From contig JBBTYS010000024.1 of assembly GCA_038078535.1 (NCBI GenBank), forward strand, positions 1 through 36,199: a stretch of DNA of 36,199 bases. The letters are read 5' to 3'. The DNA is from Patescibacteria group bacterium. Its GTDB lineage: Bacteria > Patescibacteriota > Minisyncoccia > 2-02-FULL-40-12 > GWA2-44-9. The notes beneath the pieces are model-generated. The model saw only the letters and a program-made list of their open reading frames with translations, was not told the origin of the DNA and ran no database searches. Made by a program: the position numbers and the translations under genes. Numbering within the stretch: position 1 is the stretch's first letter; every line of letters begins with the position of its first letter. Positions 26,419 through 33,080 of this stretch are shown in pieces.

Positions 26419-26817
26419 TTAAAGCATGTATTCTTTACACACCTTCAGATAATTCTTATTGTCTTCACACATCCACTTCATTACATCGTAATTTTTAAAG
26501 CAAAGGCGAGAGCCGACAAGCGAATCCGCACGCCAAGCACCGTAGCCGACACACTGGAACCCGGACGAAGCCACTATAAAGCGTGGCTCATACTTCCAGT
26601 CGGTGTTGTTATAGTCAGGCTTCCACGGCTTACCATCATTGGCCAATCTGTTAGCTGCCTTCACCATAATAACAACCTTGGATTGTGCTATCTGAGATTT
26701 TCTATCCTTCTTTGGAAACAGAGCCGCTAACTGGATTGACGCTGCAACTATCTTCTTAGCATCAAGCCCTTCAAGCTTGCATGCCTTTTCAAATGTTAAT
26801 TGTTTGATCTCTTTCAT
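26419..26817 (-). CDS. DGR target protein 1 (small paralog family)
   Basis: 132 aa. ...WKYEPRFIVASSGF-QCVGYGAWRADSLVGSRLCF-KNYDVMKWM...; the VR encodes about residues 81-107. No signal peptide. Confidence 0.8.
   Translation of the reverse strand: MKEIKQLTFEKACKLEGLDAKKIVAASIQLAALFPKKDRKSQIAQSKVVIMVKAANRLANDGKPWKPDYNNTDWKYEPRFIVASSGFQCVGYGAWRADSLVGSRLCFKNYDVMKWMCEDNKNYLKVCKEYML
26499..26575 (-). repeat. DGR variable repeat VR1
   Basis: 77 nt, ungapped against the TR, with 16 substitutions, all at TR adenines. Confidence 0.9.
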
Positions 26818-26824
26818 TTGGTTT

Positions 26825-27290
26825 TTATTTTTGAATAGTCATGAATAGTTTAAACACGTTCATAAATTCGGGTTGCTCAATGGCATGTAGTCCAAGCCTC
26901 TTTTCCATAAAGCAAAGGCGAGAGCCGACATCCGAAGCCGTAAACCAAGCAGCGCAGCCGAGACAGGAACCCGGACGAAGCCATGAGAAAGTAGAGAGTG
27001 AACTTAGGCGCTGTTGAATCCCAGTCTGGTTCTCGCTTTTCATTGAGGGCTCTGATGATCAATACAGTCAACTGATAGTTTACAACGTGGCAAGTTGCGT
27101 CAAACAGGGTGAGAAGTTTCTTGTAAATGATCACCTCTTCATCCTCTTCTCCAAGTTCGCGTAGAACATCTAGTATAGTTTTGATTTTGGTTACATCCTT
27201 TGGCTTCGCTTTGAGCGTGTACGCGCCAGATGCTTTGTCGAAGGTGTCTATCTCTTGCCCTTCGGGGATTTTAAGTTGCGGTGTTTTCAT
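26825..27290 (-). pseudogene. DGR target paralog 2, frameshifted inside its VR
   Basis: The N-terminal frame (27290 down to 26877) reaches ..LMASSGF. A 2-nt gap relative to the TR (AG after GGGTTCC) moves the conserved tail ..CLGCAAWFTASDVGSRLCFMEK.. into the frame of ORF 26825-27043. Confidence 0.7.
26911..26983 (-). repeat. DGR variable repeat VR2 (with a 2-nt deletion)
   Basis: 73 nt aligning to TR positions 3-77 with one 2-nt gap. 16 substitutions, all at TR adenines. Confidence 0.85.
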
Positions 27291-27292
27291 GT

Positions 27293-27697
27293 TTATTTGA
27301 TTATGATTAGTTGCTCATACCACTTTGTGAATTTTCTACCTGCATGAATAGCCAATGAGCTATCTTTTAAGCAAAGGCGAGAGCCGACACCCGAAAGCGC
27401 AAGCCAACCACCGAAGACGTAATACCGGAACCCGGACGAAGCCACAATAAAGCGTGGCTCATACTTCCACTGATTGTGGTTTTTATGGTCGGCAATCCAT
27501 CCTTGATTGAGGGATTTGATCAGCAACTTCAAAAACCTGAATGCCACCTCATCTTCTGGCAAGCCTTCGCATTGTTTGTTAAATTTATCTTGCGTGAGGC
27601 CATTGTCTTTCAACACATCTTCATCGGTGTTGATTCGATTCATTACTTGTTCTGTTGTTTCCATATTGTTTTGTTTTGGGTTTAATTTGATTTTCAT
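27293..27697 (-). CDS. DGR target protein 3 (small paralog family)
   Basis: 134 aa (an alternative ATG at 27664 gives METTEQ...). ..WKYEPRFIVASSGF-RYYVFGGWLALSGVGSRLCL-KDSSLAIHAGRKF.. Confidence 0.8.
   Translation of the reverse strand: MKIKLNPKQNNMETTEQVMNRINTDEDVLKDNGLTQDKFNKQCEGLPEDEVAFRFLKLLIKSLNQGWIADHKNHNQWKYEPRFIVASSGFRYYVFGGWLALSGVGSRLCLKDSSLAIHAGRKFTKWYEQLIIIK
27370..27446 (-). repeat. DGR variable repeat VR3
   Basis: 77 nt, ungapped against the TR, with 18 substitutions, all at TR adenines. Confidence 0.9.
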
Positions 27698-27723
27698 GGC
27701 TACTTAACTTTTTATAGTTTGTT

Positions 27724-29331
27724 TTATCTTAAAGTGTCTACACATCTTTCTACCAGCAATTCCATTGCAGGCGGGGTTACGGCATTGCCGCATTGTTTTA
27801 CTTGTTCTTTGGCATTACCCAGCACGATGTAATCGGCATCAAAGCCCATCCCTATTTTTACTTCGTGCTTCAGCAACATGCGGTAATAGCAATCATCTAT
27901 TTTGGGTTTCGCTCCCAACATTACCAGGCTTGCCCGATCTTTTGTGGTAAGGGTTCGTACTGGCTCGTTTACATCACTTGCTTGTGTGCCACCATAGTAG
28001 TAACTGAGAAAGCTCTTTAGCGATTTGTCGGTGACTATACCATTCTTAATAAAGCCTGCGGTAATGGTGCTGAGTGGCTTTGTGGCCAGCCTTGCTTTGC
28101 CTGTGCGGTGCAGGTCTACAATCAATGGAGGCATTACTACTCCGTTGGTTGCTCTGGTTGTTTGCGTAAAGGCTACCTCACTTGCAGCATCGCGTATTTT
28201 ATTTCTTCCGTTGCTATACTCTCCATTGGTGACAAGTGGAGAGAGTATGTGAAAACCGTTGTCAGTAAGTTGAGTTGGCAATGGGTCTTTAACACTGTCT
28301 TTTACCAATGAGCCAGGCAAAGTATTATGATTGCGTTTAACGATGATCGGGTTAAGTATGCCATAGCTTTGATCTCCTGGCTGAGTGGGCAATACCTCCT
28401 GTGTGGCATCCTTCACGCGGCAACTAATGCCAGATGTGTAGCGTGTGGTAATAATCTGGGGCTTGTTCCAATATTTTTCTATGCCGTATTGAATGCGCTT
28501 GACTGTATTTTCACTCAACGGCTTTTTGCGATCTCCTATGCGAGTGCCCGGTATGCTCCAATCAATGCAGTTGAATGCAGCATAGTAATATGGCTCAACC
28601 AGGTGGTTGCATGTAGGGCATTTGAAGACGTATTGTTGCTTATACTTGCCCCATTGCTTTTCGGTGGTCTTCCAGGCTTGATAGGTTTCGGTTTCTTTTG
28701 CACAATGTTGACAAAACCCACGTGGGCGTATGTTCAGGTCAGGAGCGGGATTGCCCTTCTTCCAGAACACCACGTACATTCTATCGCGGCTTTGGGGTGT
28801 AGGGTGTGCATGTTGTGAGTTGAGATAAACGCATTTGTGATTGTAGCCAAGCAGGTGCATGGCTTTCAACCAGGCATCCCACATTACCCAATACCTGGCA
28901 TCCACAACGTTCTCCACAATGATGAATGCGTATTGATGAAACTCTGCAAAGCGGGGCACATCCCACATGGTGGCTCTGGATCTCTCGTCAGTGTGATCAA
29001 TCGTGGCACGGCCAAACATTTCTATTTGTTGCTGCCACTTGCGTTTGATGCCTTTAGCCAGGGAGTGATTGGTACACTCAGGCGATGTGATGAGAAAGGT
29101 AGAGCTTGCATACCTGCGGGGGTCACAGGCAGATATATCTGTGCAGTCGTGATCGGTATCGGGGAAGTTGGTATTGTGCGTTTCAATGGCAAGCTTCCAG
29201 TGGTTGAGTGCGAGCTTTACGCGGATGCCGCTGTTGCCTGGCTTCCTGGAAAGGTTTCTTACTCCCTGGCTACTTCCACCCGCTCCGCAAAACTGATCGG
29301 TAACGGTGATGTCTGAGTCTATTCTTTTCAT
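27724..29331 (-). CDS. DNA (cytosine-5) methyltransferase
   Basis: 535 aa from the ATG at 29331. Motif I DQFCGAGGSS, motif IV-like ITSPECTNHS, motif VI IIVENV, motif X QCGNAVTPP. It has a long variable region. The track start at 29352 lies inside palindrome copy 2. Confidence 0.85.
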   Translation of the reverse strand: MKRIDSDITVTDQFCGAGGSSQGVRNLSRKPGNSGIRVKLALNHWKLAIETHNTNFPDTDHDCTDISACDPRRYASSTFLITSPECTNHSLAKGIKRKWQQQIEMFGRATIDHTDERSRATMWDVPRFAEFHQYAFIIVENVVDARYWVMWDAWLKAMHLLGYNHKCVYLNSQHAHPTPQSRDRMYVVFWKKGNPAPDLNIRPRGFCQHCAKETETYQAWKTTEKQWGKYKQQYVFKCPTCNHLVEPYYYAAFNCIDWSIPGTRIGDRKKPLSENTVKRIQYGIEKYWNKPQIITTRYTSGISCRVKDATQEVLPTQPGDQSYGILNPIIVKRNHNTLPGSLVKDSVKDPLPTQLTDNGFHILSPLVTNGEYSNGRNKIRDAASEVAFTQTTRATNGVVMPPLIVDLHRTGKARLATKPLSTITAGFIKNGIVTDKSLKSFLSYYYGGTQASDVNEPVRTLTTKDRASLVMLGAKPKIDDCYYRMLLKHEVKIGMGFDADYIVLGNAKEQVKQCGNAVTPPAMELLVERCVDTLR

Positions 29332-29341
29332 AGTTAGGTTG

Positions 29342-29361
29342 AGACGCAACATTTTGCGTCT
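29342..29361. repeat. Palindromic element, copy 2
   Basis: agacgcaa-catt-ttgcgtct, 10 nt upstream of the C5-MTase ATG. The flanks ggtt(t)gagacgcaacattttgcgtctttac are shared with copy 4. Confidence 0.75.
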
Positions 29362-29484
29362 TTACATTAAGTGGATTATGAAATTGATAAGTGCATAGCA
29401 ATTCTTACAACCTTGCGAAACTTTGTCACAGCCTGTTACAGGGTTCCAGGTGTAGTCTGTCCACTCGATAGTTGTCTTGTTCAT
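29362..29484 (-). pseudogene. Truncated N-terminal remnant of a DUF5131 (phage Gp37/Gp68) gene
   Basis: 40 codons: [31 protein letters not shown], then LINFIIHLM-stop. As I recall it, this family is normally about 250 aa. The reading frame ends exactly at palindrome copy 2. Confidence 0.6.
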
Positions 29485-29930
29485 ATAGTTGATTGTATGA
29501 GTGGAGACGCAAAATTTTGTGTCTTTACGCTTTTCATGTCTAGTAGATAAACATCGATCATGTCTACAATTTCCTGTTGCCATACTATCCACACGGTAGG
29601 CCGCTGGTAGGCTTGCTCTTTAAAGAACTGAAAGAAAACCTTGCTATCATTAAAGCCATCGGTGGTAGCAAACCAATGCTGAATAACTGGTACGAGCGAC
29701 ACGCCATCTAAAATGATTTGATGCTTTTTGTAGTTTACTTTGATCGGGTACACCTTCACACACTTGTACTCTACATGCTTGTGGCATTGCTTTGTGCGCA
29801 TACCAGTAAACATTTTTAGTATATCACCTTCGCGTATTGGCCGCTTGCGGTTTACCTGGCGCACGGTGCCTAGCTTGGTGCCATTGACCACGCTGAAGAT
29901 GAATTGCTTTTTGAAGTTGACGGCTGGCAT
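29481..29930 (-). CDS. ASCH-domain-like protein
   Basis: 149 aa. The N-terminal pattern [20 protein letters not shown]...REGDIL resembles ASCH (K..TIR ... GD). The C-terminal tail VKTQNFAS is encoded by the palindrome. Confidence 0.45.
   Translation of the reverse strand: MPAVNFKKQFIFSVVNGTKLGTVRQVNRKRPIREGDILKMFTGMRTKQCHKHVEYKCVKVYPIKVNYKKHQIILDGVSLVPVIQHWFATTDGFNDSKVFFQFFKEQAYQRPTVWIVWQQEIVDMIDVYLLDMKSVKTQNFASPLIQSTI
29505..29524. repeat. Palindromic element, copy 3
   Basis: agacgcaaaattttgtgtct (one G-T wobble). It lies 20 nt upstream of the ATG at 29484, inside the 3' end of the ASCH-like CDS. Confidence 0.75.
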
Positions 29931-29931
29931 T

Positions 29932-30153
29932 TTATTTTGGTGTGATTTGTCTAAGAATCAGATTGTCGTTATCGTCAAAAGTGAAGCAGTCGGGGCAGTA
30001 GTGTTTATCATCATCTGTTTCATGCCAACCACTCTCTGTGGCTATCTCGCGGGCATAATCCGAATCATTCCAAGCTGAATATTCTTCTCCTTCGCAAACA
30101 TCTTTGCCGCAGTTGTCGCATACCACGGTGTACATTTCTACTTTCTTTATCAT
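29932..30153 (-). CDS. Small zinc-ribbon protein
   Basis: 73 aa with CDNCGKDVC ... CPDCF. Confidence 0.5.
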   Translation of the reverse strand: MIKKVEMYTVVCDNCGKDVCEGEEYSAWNDSDYAREIATESGWHETDDDKHYCPDCFTFDDNDNLILRQITPK

Positions 30154-30395
30154 AGCGGTATTACTTCTCTGGTTTTAGGTAAGTCAAACTTCCGTCCGCT
30201 CATGGTGCGGGCGAGTATTGTTGGTGTGAAAATGGGATCGCCTTTCGCATCGTGCTGCACGTAGTGGGCACCGTTCTCACCATGCGGACCATTCTGCACG
30301 GCAAGCAAAACGCTGGAATCGCGTAGCTTCAAAAACCTTCTGCGTTTGCCTGGCAGTTTAAAGAGTTGCCCTGTTAATAGTTCTCCGGCTGTCAT
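30150..30395 (-). CDS. Hypothetical protein
   Basis: 81 aa from the ATG at 30395 (MTAGELL...). ATGA overlaps on both sides. Confidence 0.4.
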   Translation of the reverse strand: MTAGELLTGQLFKLPGKRRRFLKLRDSSVLLAVQNGPHGENGAHYVQHDAKGDPIFTPTILARTMSGRKFDLPKTREVIPL

Positions 30396-30535
30396 AGCAA
30401 TCCAAGTTTTGAGAGCCCAAAAACAAATGCGTAAAACAAGCCAACCGCTACCAGGCCGGAGCCTACGGATATGCACACTAGATCCAGATAGAAATTGTTG
30501 CGAAGTGTTTTGCGCAGGTAGTAGAACCTTGTCAT
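30392..30535 (-). CDS. 47-aa membrane micro-protein (below the ORF-track cutoff)
   Basis: Hand translation: MTRFYYLRKTLRNNFYLDLVCISVGSGLVAVGLFYAFVFGLSKLGLL. Both its start and its stop overlap neighbours as ATGA. Confidence 0.4.
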   Translation of the reverse strand: MTRFYYLRKTLRNNFYLDLVCISVGSGLVAVGLFYAFVFGLSKLGLL

Positions 30536-30708
30536 AGCTTGCGGTGGTTAAAGCCTTTCTTTTCTGAATTGGTGATCACCTCAGTAAGGGTGTAACCCAT
30601 TTCTGGCCGGCCAGATTTAAGCACCATATTGTTCATCACCACAATGGTGAAGGAGATGATCCGTGTTCCTTCCTCTTTGTCGAAATAGTGGATGTCTACG
30701 TGTGGCAT
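30532..30708 (-). CDS. Hypothetical protein
   Basis: 58 aa from the ATG at 30708 (MPHVDIHYFDKEEG...), 2 nt after the upstream stop. Confidence 0.4.
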   Translation of the reverse strand: MPHVDIHYFDKEEGTRIISFTIVVMNNMVLKSGRPEMGYTLTEVITNSEKKGFNHRKL

Positions 30709-30710
30709 AC

Positions 30711-31013
30711 TTATTTCCGGTTGATTAGCCATTGATAACCATTTTCTAGTTTTTTCAAATCCGCCTCCTGGTTCAGTGGCAGTGTGATGTCTTTTGTTAC
30801 CTGCCTGTTCATTAGCCATCGATAATCCTTTTCTAGTTTTCCTAAATCCGCCTCCTGGTTTAGTGGCAGTGTGAGTTGAGTTTCCTTTTTGATCTTGCGG
30901 TCGCGCCTGTTGATTTTCTTAAACAGGTTGTCTTTTGCAACCTGCCGTTGCGCTTCATTGCTGAAGATGTTTGGCAAACTGATAATCACTTTGAGAAGTT
31001 GTATTGATCTCAT
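30711..31013 (-). CDS. Hypothetical protein with a 29-aa tandem repeat
   Basis: 100 aa from the ATG at 31013 (ATGA overlap). The repeat is TLPLNQEADL(G/K)KLE(K/N)(D/G)Y(R/Q)WL(M/I)NR, present twice. Confidence 0.45.
   Translation of the reverse strand: MRSIQLLKVIISLPNIFSNEAQRQVAKDNLFKKINRRDRKIKKETQLTLPLNQEADLGKLEKDYRWLMNRQVTKDITLPLNQEADLKKLENGYQWLINRK
30724..30875. repeat. 87-bp-period tandem duplication (two units of about 65 bp, about 88% identical)
   Basis: attagccattgataacc...cagtggcagtgtga at 30724-30788, and attagccatcgataatc...tagtggcagtgtga at 30811-30875. Confidence 0.8.
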
Positions 31014-31342
31014 GCTCCCATCATTTGTGGTGGACAAAAACTACCTAGCTCGAATAAAATCTGGTTGCCTTCTTTGGTTTCGCCTACACGCTGAAGAACA
31101 TCTACTAGTAACACTGCATGAACAGCATCGAACTTTACCTTCAAAACCTTGCGGCCTTCCTGCAACATGCCATCGTGCCGTTTGCGAAGTGATTCATAGA
31201 ATTTCTTCACCAATGCGCACCGATAGAATTCCTCGCGGTTGATGTCTCTGCGGTTGGCCACACCCAGCCAATAGATGAACAGCGTGGAGAGAAATCCATC
31301 CAGGTCGTGGTAATCCATCGGTATGGTTTTCACGGCTTTCAT
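31010..31342 (-). CDS. Hypothetical protein
   Basis: 110 aa from the ATG at 31342 (MKAVKTIPMDYHDL...). The longer track ORF starts inside palindrome copy 4. Confidence 0.45.
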   Translation of the reverse strand: MKAVKTIPMDYHDLDGFLSTLFIYWLGVANRRDINREEFYRCALVKKFYESLRKRHDGMLQEGRKVLKVKFDAVHAVLLVDVLQRVGETKEGNQILFELGSFCPPQMMGA

Positions 31343-31440
31343 TTGCGGTCGTCTCCGTTGATAATCATTATCATCACATACATGATGTAACCAATGCAGG
31401 CAACCGAAACGCAAACGAGTAGTGTTATCAGTGCTTTCAT
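31339..31440 (-). CDS. 33-aa membrane micro-protein (below the ORF-track cutoff)
   Basis: Hand translation: MKALITLLVCVSVACIGYIMYVMIMIINGDDRK. ATGA overlaps at both ends. The start is 17 nt downstream of palindrome copy 4. Confidence 0.4.
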   Translation of the reverse strand: MKALITLLVCVSVACIGYIMYVMIMIINGDDRK

Positions 31441-31625
31441 TTTGATTGGATGGTTTGAGACGCAACATTTTGCGTCTTTACTGAGTACAACTGCACCTGC
31501 ACTTTGTTAAGCTCGTCATGCTTGCGCCAGAAATCATCGCTGTCACGGTCGCCCTTGCGTATAAAAGCGTGTATTTCCTTCTGGATCTCGCGCTCTTGCT
31601 GTCTGAGTTTGGATTTGTCGGTCAT
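31437..31625 (-). CDS. Hypothetical small charged protein
   Basis: 62 aa, ATGA coupled on both sides. Confidence 0.45.
   Translation of the reverse strand: MTDKSKLRQQEREIQKEIHAFIRKGDRDSDDFWRKHDELNKVQVQLYSVKTQNVASQTIQSK
31458..31477. repeat. Palindromic element, copy 4
   Basis: agacgcaa-catt-ttgcgtct, inside the 3' end of CDS 31437-31625 (it encodes VKTQNVAS). Confidence 0.75.
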
Positions 31626-31855
31626 AAGGCAGACTGGTTTAAAGTGCTATCATCTTTTGATTTCAGAAAGTACTCTTTGTACCTCTTGCCCTTCATGGTT
31701 TGGCGGTGTACGATGATGCCAAACTCGCGCTGCACATCGCAAATGCGCGAACGCAAATCGGCTATGCCATACCGCGCAAAGGCCATTGCACGGTTTACTT
31801 TTGTGCCTCGCTTTAGTTCCTGATAGAGTGTTGCCACTTGGCTTTCGGGTGTCAT
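31622..31855 (-). CDS. Winged-helix/HTH DNA-binding protein (HTH_39-like)
   Basis: 77 aa. VNRAMAFARYGIADLRSRICDVQREFGIIV resembles the phage HTH_39 pattern. Confidence 0.45.
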   Translation of the reverse strand: MTPESQVATLYQELKRGTKVNRAMAFARYGIADLRSRICDVQREFGIIVHRQTMKGKRYKEYFLKSKDDSTLNQSAL

Positions 31856-32442
31856 AAGCTGATTGATTTAAAATACTTCTCTTTATATGTCCGATAGAAA
31901 TGACTGATCTGTTCTGGTGTGTACCGCGCTTCGTTTTGCAACCTGCTGAGGTAGAAATTCAAATCTTCGATGCTCATAAATCGGGGTTTGTCAACCGAAA
32001 GCGGGTCTAGCTTTTCGGCACGGGCAGTTACATACAGGTTGTTGCGAATGGTTGTTGCTGTTACCCCTTTGCGCACCAGGTCGTAAAACTTTTTGAGAAA
32101 CGACACCAGGTTCTTGTTCTCTGCGTACTTTGTATTGTGCCACTCCATTGTGTCGTAGTACATGGTAAACATCAACTCGTGCTGAAGCGGCCCACGGCTT
32201 ACCTGCTTGTACCAATCGGCACACCGGAGCGGGGTGATCTTGGGGTTGCTGGTATTCTTATCCAGGTATCCACCCTCAAAATCGCGCACTATCCAATTGG
32301 TGAGTACGTCCGTTTTATCGCGCTTTTCTTCCATGCCTATCATCTTGCTGTAGCCGGTGAGTTCCTTCCCGTTTTGCAGTGCCAACACTCGAAAATATGT
32401 GCTGTTTTCTTTGTCCCATTTGCGAATATTTGATAGTGGCAT
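31852..32442 (-). CDS. Hypothetical protein, first gene after a 360-bp non-coding gap
   Basis: 196 aa, ATG start, no motif recognised. Confidence 0.5.
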   Translation of the reverse strand: MPLSNIRKWDKENSTYFRVLALQNGKELTGYSKMIGMEEKRDKTDVLTNWIVRDFEGGYLDKNTSNPKITPLRCADWYKQVSRGPLQHELMFTMYYDTMEWHNTKYAENKNLVSFLKKFYDLVRKGVTATTIRNNLYVTARAEKLDPLSVDKPRFMSIEDLNFYLSRLQNEARYTPEQISHFYRTYKEKYFKSISL

Positions 32443-32804
32443 CCTTTGGGTTTGTGTCGATTGAAAATGTCTTCCTAACTTTTTTTTGTTAACCTTATTG
32501 TTAACACAAGAAGTTCTGATCAGTAAACCTCATACAGTGAACATTTGCTAACATCTTTTTTAAAGAGTTTTTCCCTAACTGTAAACTGACTATTGAACTC
32601 ATAAAAAAAATGGAGTTTATTGGCAACAGTTTTCCTGCGTTGGTCATTTTTTAAGTATGTCCTACATTGAGTTTTGCAAGTGGCATACCTTAGCTTTCAG
32701 TAGGCCGTTGCGGCTATGGTATTGGCCTGTTAGGGGCTGTGTGAGCGGGGCGTAGAGGGCTGTGAGTGGTTCATGTTGGTAATTATTTAAATTGATTGTG
32801 AATG

Positions 32805-33080
32805 CTAAATTGAGAGGACTCTTGTAGACCGGGGGTTGCGGCTCGGTTTTTTAAATTGCCCCTTGCTGATTGTCTCCATATCGTTCAGGCACTTCTTCAG
32901 GTGCAGGGCTTCTTTGATCAGCTTCTGTGTTTCGCGCTGCATGGCAATGATGGTTTGCTTACGCACCTCGAGATCTTGCTTCATGCCGTCTATGCTGGCC
33001 TGAAGTATCGGATCGCTCATACCAGTGTGGACTCTTGGGTTCGCTGGTCGCTCATACCAGTGTGGGGTTCTTTCGCTCAT
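32805..33080 (-). CDS. Hypothetical coiled-coil protein
   Basis: 91 aa, with ATGA overlap to the upstream gene. The 5' end lies within a triple direct repeat. Confidence 0.45.
   Translation of the reverse strand: MSERTPHWYERPANPRVHTGMSDPILQASIDGMKQDLEVRKQTIIAMQRETQKLIKEALHLKKCLNDMETISKGQFKKPSRNPRSTRVLSI

Noticed and set aside
26316-27446. Four copies of a 77-nt repeat at roughly regular spacing, which could be mistaken for a CRISPR-like array
   Set aside because: The spacings of about 180-460 bp are far too long. Three copies lie in frame inside paralogous genes, and the copies differ only at adenines of one copy. That is DGR TR/VR architecture.
29332-29352. Track start codons giving MLRL... 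N-termini for the C5 methylase (29352) and for ORF 31010-31468 (31468)
   Set aside because: Both ATGs sit in the loop of the palindromic element (the same DNA gives the same MLRL). Downstream ATGs at 29331 and 31342 fit the coupling pattern and the conserved protein N-termini better.
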